Shown here: piece by piece, positions 1 to 12,802 of the stretch
Position numbering within the stretch: position 1 is the stretch's first letter
How the letters are laid out: every line of letters begins with the position of its first letter
DNA from: Centroscyllium fabricii
Taxonomy: Eukaryota
Direction: 5' to 3'
Assembly: GCA_051313645.2 (NCBI GenBank)
Contig: JBNRSN020000001.1
Span: forward strand, 125,116,001 to 125,180,000
Length of the DNA: 64,000 bases
Made by a program: the position numbers and the translations under genes
The notes under the pieces: model-generated
Database searches by the model: none
Told to the model about the DNA's origin: nothing
The model's input: only the letters and a program-made list of their open reading frames with translations

Positions 1-1032
1 TCTGGTATTTTATCTCAGTGAAGGGGAGTTCAATGTTCAATTTTAAACAGTTTTTCAGTTCTACTAAAAAAATTTTAACAAGTCAAAAAGTGGTATAAAA
101 TCTCAAGCACGGAGAAGGGCTCAGCCTTCTCAATCGTATGGTGCATTCACACTCCACAATTATTGTGTTAGAGCGAAGCCAAAAAATGCTTTGCACCAAT
201 GTTAAACTTGGGAGAGTAAATTGGGTATGAAGCTGTGAACTGACTCCAAAATGAAGTGAGAGTCCCTCCTCCAGGGAGTTTCACTCCACTTGATTCCAAT
301 GTCATGTTGGTCCCTGATGTCAGATTCAGGTCATATTTACACTATAACTTCAGCATTGATGCAAAGTGAAAGCAGCTTGCACCAACTCTGTAACTGCAGT
401 ATAAATGTACCCTTAGGTACTACTACTGGATAGTTCAACTCCAGGTAATTATGGTCTGAATTTGGCCTGCCCATACCACCCGTGACACGCAGCCCAGGAC
501 ATCCCAGCCAACCTTTTCCCAGTAGATCCCTAGAGAATCCAAAGTGTTCCAGTTCACGACTTCATACCCAGAAACACCTGCATAAATGTAATGATTCACA
601 CCTCTGATTCACATTTCACTCAGTAGTTTATTTATTGCTGGTCTATTTATCAACAAATCATAACAAAGCAGAAACATTCTGGGCATTCTGCTTGGAGAAA
701 GGGTCCAAGCTAGTCTGAGAACTTAATAAAGCACTTGGATGACCTAGTTGCATTTCAACTACTTGAGAGCATAATGGTTTCAGGTGCCTCTCTGTCTGCT
801 AATTGTATCAATATCATTATATCTCTGTTCTTTTCAAAAAAAGAAAGGCATTAAAGTATTCAGTTGGTTTCCCTTCTTTTAAATAGCTTTTAGAGTCCTA
901 TGGTAATTATTCATTTAGAAAGCACAGTCCTTCAGCTTCAGTAGAGGTTTAATCTGTCTTCCTCTATTTGTCCCTCTTGATGATCTCTTCCTCTGAGATG
1001 TGTTGGTTCCTGACTGAGCTTTCATGACTTTA

Positions 1033-2294
1033 GGACTTGATTTTCAGACTTCTGTGATTGCTTAATTTGTGATTTGTAACTCTGGTTGGAACATTTCCAA
1101 ATGTCATCACATGACCTACTGCCTCCAATGATCCCGCCCCCACAGTCTCACCTTTGGTCAAGCGACATGCCCATCCTCGCAGTGCACCACTTTTCTGAGC
1201 CAATTGTAAAGTACACAGATTCTTCTTATGTGATTCAAAGAAAATTAAAATAAACACATTTTTTTATTGTCCCAATGAGTTTTCTCCAGGGTTGCATGCA
1301 GCAGTGTCCAGAAGATTAATCTGTAATTGCTGAAGGCTCCAGACCAATTCAGGAGGGTTTCCATCCCTATTTGTGATCGGATTTACAAATTTCACCGCAG
1401 AGTCCAGTCTTTGATTTCAAAGCTCATGCTGATCCGGTTTATCAAGCATCCTTCAACCCAAGTGCAGTGTAGCTGGGTTTCCTGCAACACCTTTGACCTC
1501 ACAACTTTCGGAGTTGTAGTCCCGCCTCCATCAAGGTGTGGCTAACCCACGCGATTTCAACTTGATTGACTTTGTTGAGCCCGCCCAGCGGGCTCAGCAG
1601 GCCAATTAAGGGCCACCCAGCAACAGGTGACATCACAGACTGAAATTTCATCTGTCAAGAGGTTTTCACAGATGAAATATCAGTGTTTCACAGCTGTTTG
1701 AAGCTGTCACACACTGACAGTCTTACTTCTAACATAGTCCTTCTCCACAGACTCAGTTAGAAATCTCTTCTGCACAGAAAACTGAAAGCTGTCACTTTTG
1801 ACAGTTTGCAGCCATTCTGCTTTCTGTGCCGGTGAGATGAGGGACTGCCGAGACCTAAAGGAAGGAAGGCTGAAAAGGTAAGCGAAGAACATTTAAACTT
1901 CTTTAAACACACCAAACACACTTACCTTTGCATTCATGCACACATCACTCACCCGAACACTGACATCTCGACTCCTCCAAGTCCTTCAACCCAACGGCCC
2001 ACCTTGCAAACTTGGCGTGGTTTGGAGCTGTCGGGAATCCCACACTTCAGCATTAAAAATAGGGATTAGTCTAAAAACTGCCTGTTAACTACCTGTTGTT
2101 AACAGGCAGCTAATTGGCACTAATCCCTTCCCGCCTCGGGTAGGCAGGTCCCAGTGCGGGGCGGGTACCCGCCTCCTTTTAAACTGGCATGGAGGCGGGT
2201 TGGGTGCGGGATGGGGTCAGGACCCCTGATTTCTGGATTTTAACCCCCCACACTCCTCCAATCCTGACTCCACGGCCCAATGAAAATCCAGCCC
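1033..2294. mobile_element. Non-autonomous TIR element (MITE), probably Harbinger-type; related copy inverted at 61009-61740
   Basis: Imperfect TIRs GGACTTGATTTTCA (1033) / TGAAAATCCAGCCC (ends 2294). Segment ~1550-2294 matches the reverse complement of 61009-61740. Left boundary uncertain. Confidence 0.55.
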
Positions 2295-2329
2295 TTCATC
2301 TCAGAAATGGTAATCCGAGAAGAGAAAGA

Positions 2330-2490
2330 TAGAACTTGCGTTTATATAGTATCATTCACAACCTCGGGATATCACAAAGCACTTTGCAGCCAAATATAGT
2401 CACTATTGTAATATAGGAAACATGGCCGCCAATTTGGGTACAGCAAGGTCCCATAAACAGCAAGGAGATAAATGTACAGATAATCTGATG
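2330..2490 (-). mobile_element. SacSINE1/Deu-SINE 3' fragment
   Basis: Matches the 3' part of the fuller copies at 34145-34604 and 50531-50960. Confidence 0.65.
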
Positions 2491-2671
2491 TTCTCAATTT
2501 CTTCAATGAATTCGCCTTCAACTCACGAGTACTTCAGTTGCTTTCCTTTGGCTTTAGCTATCTGGGCAAGTAAATCCTACTCAAAGTTTCAGTAATATAT
2601 GTATCCTTTCCTTCCATTTTATGAGTGTACTGCAAATATAACAGCATTCTTTGTCATTATTTGGTTACACC

Positions 2672-3170
2672 TAGCAATAGGAATAGGCAATTCAGCCCTG
2701 ACAGCCTGTTCTGCCATTCAGTTATCAAGGCTGATCTGGATTTCAAGCCCATTTACACACCTTGATTCCATATCCCTGAATACCCTTGACTAACAAAAAT
2801 CTATCAATCTAATTTTTGAAATTTTCAAATTGACCTAGCCTCAATAGTATTTTGGGGGTGAGAGGTCCAGATTTCCTCTACCTTTGAGAGACAAAATACT
2901 TCCTGACATCACCCCTGAATGGCCTAGCTCTAATTTTAAGGTTATGCCCCCTTGTTCTGGACCACCCCACCAGAGGAAATAGTTTCTCTCTATCTACCCT
3001 ATCATATCCTTCAATCATCTGAAACCCTCAATTAGACCATCCCTTCATCTTCTATACTCAAGGAAATACAAGCCTAGTCTATGCAACCGGTCCTCATAAT
3101 TTGACCCTTTTAGCCCCAGTATCATTCTGGTAAAATTGCACTGCACCCCCTCCAAGGCCAATATATTCTT
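2672..3170 (-). mobile_element. CR1/HER1-type LINE 3' fragment
   Basis: Minus-strand peptide ...LEGVQCNFTRMILGLKGSNYEDRLHRLGLYFLEYRR (CR1 ORF2 C-terminus) followed by a CR1-type 3' UTR. Confidence 0.8.
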
Positions 3171-3171
3171 T

Positions 3172-3430
3172 AGAAACATAGAAACTAGAAGCAGGAGTAG
3201 GCCATTCAGCCCTTCGAGCCTGCTCATCCAAACCCAGTACCCTGTCCCTGCCCTCTCCCCATATCCCTCGACCCCGCACCGACACATATCCCACCCGATC
3301 CCCGTAACCTCACATATTTAATCCCCCTAACACTATGGGTCAATTTATCCTGGCCAATCAACCTAACCCGCACATCTTTGGACTGTGGGCGGAAACCGGA
3401 GCACCCGGAGGAAACCCACGCAGACACAGC
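3172..3430 (-). mobile_element. HE1-like V-SINE, 5'-truncated
   Basis: V-domain (GTGTCTGCGTGGGTTTCCTCCGGGTGCTCCGGTTTC) and CR1-type tail, nearly identical to the copies at 18671 and 20608. Confidence 0.8.
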
Positions 3431-4284
3431 CTCAATCACTTGCATATTGCTCAAACTGCTCATATGCAACAGCAAGCATTTCTTTCTCAGTGTGTGCATA
3501 TATGTTGGAGTGAGTGTTCTTGAGGCACATGCCTCTGACTGTCCTATTCTCGAAGCTGAAATGGCCTGATTCTCTTGCGTCATACTGTAATGTATCCTTC
3601 ACATTATAGCACCTAAGAACTGGATGTTCTGTGCTTAGGTTTTTGACTTCAGTCATATCTTGGTCCTGGGTTTCTAACAAGTGTCATTTTCTATACATTA
3701 TTAGTAGTTCTTTTATAGTCAATAAATATGGCATAAACTTTGAAAGATATTTCACTATATTTAAGATACACATTATATGAACATACATCAATTGATTTAG
3801 GCACCTAGGTAGGGTAGCTTCAACTTCCTTTAAGTTTGGTTTCAACCCATCAGAAAGTAACACATGACCCTATATATGTAAGGCGCAAATTCAGTTTATT
3901 TTTTCATTTCATGCTTCTCTCAAGTAGGCTATGGAGATTCTTGTCATAGCCTAGTATGATACTCTAAAGGTCATCTCTGTCTCCATAAACTAAAAATGTA
4001 ATCTACAATTAGTTCAACTCCTAAAAGACCCTCAAGTGTTTCATGCATTTACCTATAGTGTTCCTCTAGAGTTGGTACAAATGCATGTTTAGCCACTGCT
4101 ATCCCCCAAATGGAGCACTAAAGGATGCCAACAGACATGCTTCTTTGTCCAAAGAGCCCTTTTTTGGCAACTAGTAAAGAAATCTTGCTTTAACTGAATT
4201 TTCTGGTAATCATTTCTATTATCAGTAGCTTCACAACTGTTATCACTCTTGATACACAGTGTGTGGGTTCAAAAATGACCATCT

Positions 4285-4420
4285 TTGCAGTGGTAGCACT
4301 CCCAACTCTGAGTCAGAAAGTTGTGGGTTCATGCCCCACTCCAGAGATTTGAGCACAAAATCTAGGCTGACACTTCAGTGCTGCCCTGTTGGAGGTGCCG
4401 TCTTTTGGATGAGACGTCTA
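4285..4420 (+). mobile_element. SacSINE1/Deu-SINE 5' (tRNA-derived) fragment
   Basis: GGTAGCACTC...CTGAGTCAGAA...GTGGGTTCA...CCCACTCCAGAG matches the 5' end of the copy at 50531. Confidence 0.65.
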
Positions 4421-4424
4421 ACAT

Positions 4425-5310
4425 CTTCCAGTTCTGATGAAAGGTCATCGACCTGAAACGTTTACTTTGGGCCAATATTTCCAATCCTTGCAGCTGGTTT
4501 TGGAGCTGGGTGTAAGCGCACCCGAGCTCCAAATCGCATTGAACAGCTGTTTCCAGCTGCTCCATGCATTTCCGAAGGTGGCCAGCGGTTGGGGCGGGGG
4601 GGGGAGGGGGGGTGGGGGGGTGGTTAGAGCTGCTGCGAGGAGGGTCACACTCGCCTGCAGTGAATTTCCGTTTTTTTTCCAAGTTTTTCATCGGGGTAAG
4701 TATGGAAGATTTTACACTTGAAAATATCAGACGTAAGCACTCGTTTTTAGCAGGTAAGTCTTTATTTTACAGAATTTAAGTATTGTTTTTACAGGTTTTT
4801 AATTTTTTTTAACTTTAAAGACAGGTAAGTATTCTTTTAGGCCAGTTAAAGACTTTACATTTTTTTTCTAAATTTTTATTTTTTCTTTAAAATAGGTAAT
4901 TTATGTTAGAGTATTGTTAAAAAAATGTGGTGTTTTTTAAATTTTAATTTTGTGTTTAGATGTGTTTTGGAAGATCTCCCTTTTCAAAAGTTACACAGAT
5001 TTCTCCGTGTAAGTTTTGAATGGAGGATTGCTTCCCTTGATTGGCTCCCTGCCGATCACGTGGTCTCGTGCGATATCTCGAATTAATTGCGCCGTTCAGT
5101 TGCACCAGCAGCTCGCACAGAGCTTTCACCAGCTGTACAACTCGGGAGTTCACAGCGTAAAATTTCAAAATGGCAAAAGTGCAGGGTAAGTGTAAATAGG
5201 AACCCTACACTCGCATGAAGGGTCCAAGGCTAATTTCTGGACCATTGTTTCTCTCTCCATATATCCTGCCTAAGCTGCTGAATGTTTCCAGCAATTTCTA
5301 TTTTTATTTC
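4425..5310 (+). mobile_element. Penelope-like element terminal fragment split by a ~775-bp MITE (4469-5243)
   Basis: TTCTGATGAAAGGTCATCGACCTGAAACGTT at 4432-4462 resumes as TGTTTCTCTCTCCA...GCTGCTGAATGTTTCCAGCA after 5243. The insert has weak TIRs GGGCCAATATTT / AATTTCTGGACC. Confidence 0.55.
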
Positions 5311-6134
5311 ATGATTTTCCTACATTAGTGGCTTTTCAGCTGTTTTGTTAACAGTATTTACATGATGAATTGGTATGCCAGTTATCAGAGTCGTCAGAAA
5401 GTTCAATTTCAGCCACTCAACAATGACACCTTTACCTACAACTTGAAACTGAAAACTGTGTCCCTGTCAATTTCTACTACGACTGTCTACATTTGTCTAG
5501 ATTATCTGGCAGGAAGGTCAATAACCAGAGGACACATATTTAAGATAACTGACTAAAAAATTAGGGGGGGAAATGTGAATTTTTGTTATGATCTGGAATA
5601 AACTGCCTGAAAGGGCAATGTTGGAGTTGATTATAAATAACTGTCAAAGGGGATTGGATATTTACTGGAAAATGAAAGATTTGCAGAGCTATGGTGAGTG
5701 AGCCGGGAAGCAGGACTAATCGGACAGCTCTTTCAAAGAAGGCCGAATGGCCTCCTTCTGTGCTATATAATTCTATGATTCTAAGATCCATTATGTAATT
5801 ATAAACTTAGCTTCACGTTTCTGGAGTTGGAGATCTCCTGGATTTCCTGTAGCATTTATGTACTGTTTGAGAGAGATTAAACTGCACACAGCTGCACAAC
5901 TTGCTGAAACTTGGCATCTACATATTATTGAACCTTGTTGTTAAAAAGAAATTGTAAAGTGTTTTATTCCACCTCCTCATCTGCTTCAACTGTGTATACA
6001 TTTTCATAATTTTGTTCATGTCCCTCTACAAAGTCCAGTTCTTTCCCTGTTCCTTTCTATTACAAATAGTCATACAATTAGTTTCTAAAACACTTCTTTT
6101 AGGCCTGTCTGGCTGAACATTCATAAACTCAACT

Positions 6135-6345
6135 GGTTTATTAATGTGCTTTAGAGAAGGAAACCTGCCATCCTTAACTGGTTTGGCCTATATGTAACTC
6201 CAGTCCCACACTCACGTGATTGACTCTTAACTGCCCTCTGAAGTGGCCTAGCAAGCCACTTAGTTGTATCAAACTCAGAGCAACTAGGGATGGGCAATAA
6301 ATGCAAGCCTTGCTAGTGATGCCCACATCCTGAGATTGAAATTTT
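6135..6345 (+). mobile_element. SINE fragment sharing its 3' tail with the LINE at 13590-20105
   Basis: Ends in GGGATGGGCAATAAATGC...GCCTTGC...GATGCCCACATCC, the same tail as 20045-20095. An inverted relative lies at 32955-33200. Confidence 0.6.
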
Positions 6346-6625
6346 AAAAGATATTCTTGGGATATGTCTTTTCATAAAATTGCCATTTAATTCCCCTCTA
6401 CTCAACTTGGGCTTCTTTCCACTGGATTTCATGTCAGCTAGTTTACTCCTGACACTCCATTTTTGCTTAATTGTATGGACAGTTTATTCATTACAGAGTT
6501 GCTTCATCTAAAACTGTGCAGTATACTTCAGTTCAATATCCTCACAAGTGTCAGCAAGGTTATTTAACAGTGATATAGTGATCAATCAGTTCCCCCACTC
6601 TCTTCATTTCTTCAACTGAAAACTA

Positions 6626-7957
6626 GGGGGCAGTTTTTAAAAAGCTGTGGGAAGCTGTCGGGTTTTGGGCGGATCAGTTTTCTGTCCCGCCCGCCCAAGG
6701 ACCTGGAGGCCCGAACGATTTTGGCTCAAGTGGCCAATTAAATTCCCGCTGCTCTGCTGGGCTTGCAATTCCCACTATTGGGCAGGAACTCAGCCCTTTT
6801 CATTCACAGTTTGAGTGGGGCGGGCTGTTGATTGACAGGCCTGAATAGTCTGAGCAGTAAGAAACCACTAAGCCTGATTGACAGTGCTCAAGTGGTTCCT
6901 TTGTTTCCATGTTGACACAGCCTTTGTGAGTCACATTATGAAAGGGAACACTAAAACCATAAAACAAACAATTGAACTCACTCACTGTTTGTTTGTGGGT
7001 TCAATGGAATGTAAACAGAAACTGATCCCCTGGGTGATTGACAGCTTGGCTCACAGGCAGCACAGCACGTCGGTCTCTATGAATAGCAGGGATTTAAAGG
7101 TGAATGATTTCTCTGTTTTGGGGCTCTGAAGTTTACTACCCTTGGGTGGCAGCTGCACCTCCAGCATGGTGGAGGCTAGCAAGCTGCTGTGTGGGTGCTG
7201 TGGGTTATCTTAAACCTTGGCTGTAGTCCACAGGCAAGGGGGGTGCACCATTTCTCTCCCTTTCCCTGAAGGTGCATTAAGGAATGATCACAAACCATTT
7301 GTGGATTGGTACCAGGGCAGTGGAGTGAATATATGTGATTAGATATTACTTTAGATCATAGAATGATGCAGCACAGAAGGAGGCCATTTGGCCCATCGTG
7401 CCTGTGCCAGCTCTTTGAAAGAGTGATCCAATTAGTCCCACGCCCCTGCTCTTTCCACATAGCCTGGCAATTCTTTCCCCTTCAAGTATTTATCCAATCC
7501 CCTTTTAAAAGTTACTATTGAATCTGCTACTGCCATCAGGCAGGGCATTCCAGATTGCAACAGCTCAGTAAATTACTGAGGTCCCGAGACTAGACTGTAA
7601 GGAAAAAGGCTGTTCAAAAAACCTCCATTGTGGGTCAGGGAATAACTGTGCGCCTCTCCCAGATACCTGCATGGGGTGCCCACCATCTTTCACCGGTGGG
7701 GTTCACACCAGGCGGGTTTTGGGTGGGAAGAGGGCTAAAATAGCGGAGGGCCCTTAAAATAGGATTACCCATCCAATTAAGGGCCCTCAACGACCTCAAT
7801 CTGTGTCCCCACCAGCGGGAAACATGCGAGGCAGCAGAACCCGCCCGAGAAAAATCTGAGATCGCCGGGGAGGCATGCTGCCTGCCAGATTTACGATTTT
7901 ACCCCCCTCCCGCACCGCCGCAACCCCGCACTCACGGCCATCCAAAAGTCCGCCCCC
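6626..7957. mobile_element. MITE with nested CR1 3' tail (7355-7570, -)
   Basis: TIRs GGGGGCAGTTTTT / AAAAGTCCGCCCCC with GC-rich subterminal regions. Confidence 0.5.
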
Positions 7958-9079
7958 TCCCACCCCATATCTCTCATACATTATTCTTGCTTGTCTGGCA
8001 AAAACTCAGAAATTTCTCAGTAACTTTCCACAATTGTTTTCATCACTTACTGCATCCCTTGTAAAAAAAATTAAATATGTCAACAGATTCATCGATAAGC
8101 ATGGTAAGGAATGTCTCATCTTTTCTCAGCAACATCTATAGCTGACTCATTATTCGCACACCTTTGCTTTATTTTTCTCTCTGGTCTATGATAATTTCTA
8201 GTTAAGAGTTGTGATTGTTAAGCTATTTCAGTCAGCAATTTTAAACACTTCCGACAGCGTGTAATGATGTCCCTGATTCCACACTATTACTGTTCCTGTC
8301 CTGTTTAGCTGTCTGTTTACATCAAGGCCAGAATTTTCTGGGTCCGTGCGGGCGTGATCAGAGGTAAGTCTGGTGGGAAATTTGAAATAAGTTGGAGCGG
8401 GTCAGGAACCCACCGTCATCCCACTTCCACGTGCATTTCCCTCAGGCATGTTTGCCGGTGCAGCAGCACCCTGACCGGCAGAGGCGGGTGACTTAATTCA
8501 AATTATTAACAGGTAGTTGTCAGACACTTAAGAGCATTTTTCAGTCTACTTTTCGAATTTCCCTGGTTGCCCACAAGATTCACACAGCTCGGGAACCACA
8601 TCTGTCAGCCTGAGGCGGGGGTTTAGTGGCCATTGCTCCAGCTGATTAGATGACAGCATGAAATGTACTAAAAATGCTCCCACCTCACAGCTGATCACTT
8701 TCCTCAGGCAGAAGCTGTTGCTGACTACATTCTCAGCACAGATTTAGCTTTCTACAGGCTGCAAGTGTTTGCAGCAAAGTTGCCATCCAGTCTCACCTCA
8801 TTGGTACAACCTATTATTCCACTGACAGATTGCTTCTCTCATCTCTACTTGACCTGCCATCTATTCCATCAGCATGGGTGCCATTTATACTGTCTCACCT
8901 TGGTCCTCAGAATTGGACTACAATTAGCCCCAATACCAGCAGCACCAACAACAACACTACCAACCTTCTCCTCAACCACCTGGTCCTGCACAGGACAGAG
9001 GGCATCATCACAGGGCTGCACTGTGCTGGTGGCGATAGCCCCAACACAGGGTATACAGGCTGAGTATGAGCTTCCTCAA

Positions 9080-9760
9080 TATGACTGAACAGCAGTGTCA
9101 AAGGAAGCTCAGGCTGTCGTGCCAGGTTGTCACAGATATTTGCACTTTTGCTCGAGCAAGACCTGCAGCCTAGAGCAGTTATCAGTGACTGTCAAAGTCA
9201 GTAGCGCCCTTAACTTCTTCACCTCAGGCTCCTTCCAGGGATCTGCAGCAGACATTTACGGCATCTCGCAGTTGGCCACCCATAGATGCATCACACAGGT
9301 CACAGGTCAACTTTGCCACTGATGAAGCCAGTGTTACTGAGCGGGCGCTCGGCTTTGCCATGCTGGCTGGCTTCCCACGGGTACGGTGTGTCATCAACTG
9401 CACACATGTGGCCATCAGGGCATTCCATCATAACCTAGGAGTCTTTGTCAACTGCACATGCTTCCACTCCATCAATGTGCAGCTGGTCTGCCACCATAGG
9501 AAGATCATCATGCATGTGTGTGTCAAATTCCCTGGCAGCTGCCATGACTCATTCGTCCTTCGCCAGTCCACCTTCCCTCAGCTCTTTACTCCTCCAAACA
9601 GACTTTGCGGCTGACTGCTTGGAGACAAAGGCTATTCACTGAAGATGTGACTCATGACACCCTTGAGACCAAGCAATGAGGCCCAGGATATAATTAAAGC
9701 CATATTTCCCACAGATATGTCACAGAGCAGACAACAGGCATGCTCAAAATGCACTTCAGA
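9080..9760 (+). pseudogene. Harbinger (HARBI1-like, DDE_Tnp_4) transposase remnant
   Basis: Peptides [57 protein letters not shown] and LLGDKGY, with stops, frameshifts and deletions. Confidence 0.9.
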
Positions 9761-10219
9761 TCTGGAGGAGCCCTTCATAGGAGGAGGAGCATCAGCTGGA
9801 AGAGGAGGAGGAGCAAGAGCTGGACGAACCTGCGGGCCAGATCGCACCAGCACCCGAGCACATTGCTGCTTGGGAGGCCAGGGATGGCTTCATCATGGCC
9901 AGATTTACTTCAGTTTACACAGTACACCCAAATGGTTGCCATATGCTGCGCCAGGTCCCCCCATCCCCCACACACACCACAGCAACACCATAAAGGAACC
10001 CTACAATGAATAAGCCATTCCTTTCACACTGATTACCATTGCTGGAGTTACCGTTACGTCTCACCATTCACTCCAACTCACTATGCCACTTCCAAAGGTG
10101 CACACAAATTTGTCCAAGACTGGAAAGTGGTGAAAATAAAGATTTTTATGGTTGACATTTCATTAACAGAAACTTCTCATTAACATTGAATAAAACACCC
10201 AAGTGGCTACCCTTGTGAA

Positions 10220-12560
10220 TCTACTTGTGTGTCATCTTTCTCTTGCATGTGCTTCTACGATGTGCTACCGCTGTGGCTTCAGCAGAGGCAGAGACCGCCT
10301 GCTCACTTCCCTGTTGTGATTGCGTCGACATTCTTGGCGGAGCTCCTCGCGGTTCTGGAGGCTGTGATGGCCCCACCAATGTCTGCTCCTGTGACTGTGC
10401 AGGGACAGACATGGCCATCGCTGTCCGAGGAGGCAACTGGGGCTCTGGCTGGGGGGGGTGGCAATGGGGGAGAACTGTAAGTGCTTTGAGAGAAGCCCAC
10501 ACTTTCATGCCCCCTCTCACCATCTTCCATTTTATGGGCCACCTGCACTTACCTGTCAGCAAGGAGCTGGAGAGCACCTTGCTGCACATCAGTGGGGCCA
10601 TGAGGACCCACGTCTACGCTGACATCCCTTCTAGACAGGGGGTCTCTGAGCCTCTGTCATCTATGTTCCATAAATAGCCATCTATTCTCCGTAGAGTCCA
10701 TGTGCTCCTGTGAGTGGCACATTGGCTGCTCCATGCAGGTGGCCATCCTATCCATGGAAGGGCCTAGAGTCGCCATCACCTGCGACACGGTGGTGCTCAT
10801 GTTGGAGAGGGACTCCTCCATTCTCTGAACATTTGCAGAGATCGCAGACGTAAAACCTGTCCGAGCCCCCGGCCTTCTTCCTGCACCTCCAAGATCGCCC
10901 TCTTTCTGGATGGCCCGAGGCTCAGCGTCTGCATGGTGCTGAGCAGAGCTGGGAGTTTCCTGCGCCCTCCGGCGAGGAGTCTCCACTGCTGTCCCTGTCT
11001 CCACCTCTGCTCTTGCTTACTTGTGACAGACCCGGTGACAACACTACTCTATCTCTTGCGGGACCCACCGAGGTGTGCGTCTCTGCACTGGTACTGGGTG
11101 CACTCATGTCTGGTGACGCTGCGCCATCAGAGGCTGGAGGCTCCTCTGAGGAGTCATCTTCCTCTTCCTCCTGAACAGTGGGGGGGCGGCAGGAGGGGCT
11201 CTTGAATGGACCTGTGGGAGAGTAAAGAGATGAGTTAGATGTGCCATATGAAGAATGGGTACAGATACCATTATGCACATAATGAACATTCAGTGGCTGA
11301 TGACATCAGTCTCCGTATGAGTGACTGATGTATGCTATGTAGCTGTATGATAGCTAATTCTGTCAGCAGGTTTCTGAGATGTCCCCCTCTCTCTCTGTCT
11401 CCCACCTCCAGCTGCTTGGCCACTCCCAATACTTCCAACGCAGCCTCCTCTGCTTTTCTCTCCCTTATTGTGGGCTCCCTTTTCCTGCAAGGAAGGTAAG
11501 AAGAGAAGGTTGAGTGAGAATGATGGAATGAGTGTAAGGAATGGATGGGTTACATATTTAGAGGGAGACTGTGATGGATTGGGGTGACAATGCCAATTGG
11601 CCTCCTTGCGTGTTATTAGTTGGTATGATTGCATTAGGATGAGGGTGAGTGTGAGGGGTGGTTAGTCAGATGGGGATGTGATAATGTAGATAGAGGGATG
11701 GGTGGATGTGCAAGGTATGCTGGCGTGAGTAAGGATGTGAAGGAGTAGGGTTGGGAAGGCAGAGTGATGGGGATGTGATGAGAGGCAAAGCAGGATGAAG
11801 TTGAATGTGGCTTTGCACTCACCTTTCCTGCTCTAATGAGATCACAGAAACGTTTCCGGCACTGCACCCAGGTCCTCCTGAACACACCCTTGCTGTTCAC
11901 CTCCTCTGTAATAAGGGGCTGCCATTTCAAAACTGAGATGAGGGGGAACTTCTTTACTCAGAGGGTGGTGGGGCTGTGGAATTTGCTGCCCCAGAGAGCT
12001 GTGGAAGCTACTACGTTGAATACATTTAAAACTGAGATAGACAGTTTCCTGGAATTAAAGGGAATTAGGGGTTATGGTGAGCGGGCAGGTAAGTGGACGT
12101 GAGGCTAGGTTCAGATTGGCCATGTGATCTCCTGGACCAGTTTTCGATCACCTAGATGGGTCGGAGAGGAATTTTCCTGATTTTTTTCTCCCAAATTGGC
12201 TACTGGGTTTTTTAATCTGGTTTTTCGCCTCTCCCAGGTGATCACATGGGTCTGGGCGGGGTGGAGAGTAAAAATAAAATTGAGGTTAGGATCAGATCAG
12301 CCATGATCTTGTTGAATGGCGGAGCAGGCTCGAAAAGCCGATTGGCCTACTCCTGCTCCTATTTCTTATGTTCTTATGTAATTTGGAGCCAGGCTCTTTC
12401 TGTCTCCTGGGGAGGTCTCTTCTGCCCATTTGAAGGGAAGAGGACATCCCTGCGTGCTCTGACTCCCTCCCCAAGCATATGGAGAGTCATTGGGGAACCT
12501 GGGTGCAGTCCCCTGCCTCTGTGCAGTTATGTCTCCAAGTGTTTGGAGCAATCAAAGCAT
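10220..12560 (-). pseudogene. Harbinger Myb/SANT-like DNA-binding protein remnant, apparently spliced, interrupted by a CR1 insertion
   Basis: TAPRFPNDS... then EEVNSKGVFRRTWVQCRKRFCDLIRAGK|gtgagt (trihelix motif followed by a donor), then an acidic/low-complexity C-terminal part. Confidence 0.7.
11911..12378 (+). mobile_element. CR1 3' fragment with double tail, inserted in the Harbinger Myb gene
   Basis: IRGCHFKTEMRGNFFTQRVVGLWNLLPQRAVEA (CR1 ORF2 end). Flanked by a probable TSD TGTAAT. Confidence 0.8.
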
Positions 12561-12802
12561 CTGGTGCAGTGCCTGCACACTCCTAGATGAATCTTCAACT
12601 GCAATGTGGCCATAGCTCCTTTAAATATCCTGGCTGAAAACGTGTCATCAATGATGTCACCAGACCCGCACCATTTAATAGGGTCGGGTAACATGCAAGG
12701 TGGGCTTAATACGTTCCATTAGCGCAAAGTCGATTTCTGCAGTGGGATGGGAGCAGCAACAGGGTCGCGACCCAACCCGCCCAGGTAAAGAAAATTCCGG
12801 CC

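Larger units (their letters stand above)
8326..12802 (+). mobile_element. Full-length decayed PIF/Harbinger DNA transposon
   Basis: 14-bp TIRs GGCCAGAATTTTCT / AGAAAATTCCGGCC and 3-bp TSD CAA (8323-8325, 12803-12805). Contains a HARBI1-like transposase and a convergent Myb/SANT-like gene. Removing it restores an L2 ORF2 frame (IKSWISQNILQLTIGKTKAILFG). Confidence 0.9.

Noticed and set aside
9080-9760. Domesticated HARBI1 gene
   Set aside because: Stops and frameshifts, and enclosure by TIRs and a TSD, show it is a dead transposon.
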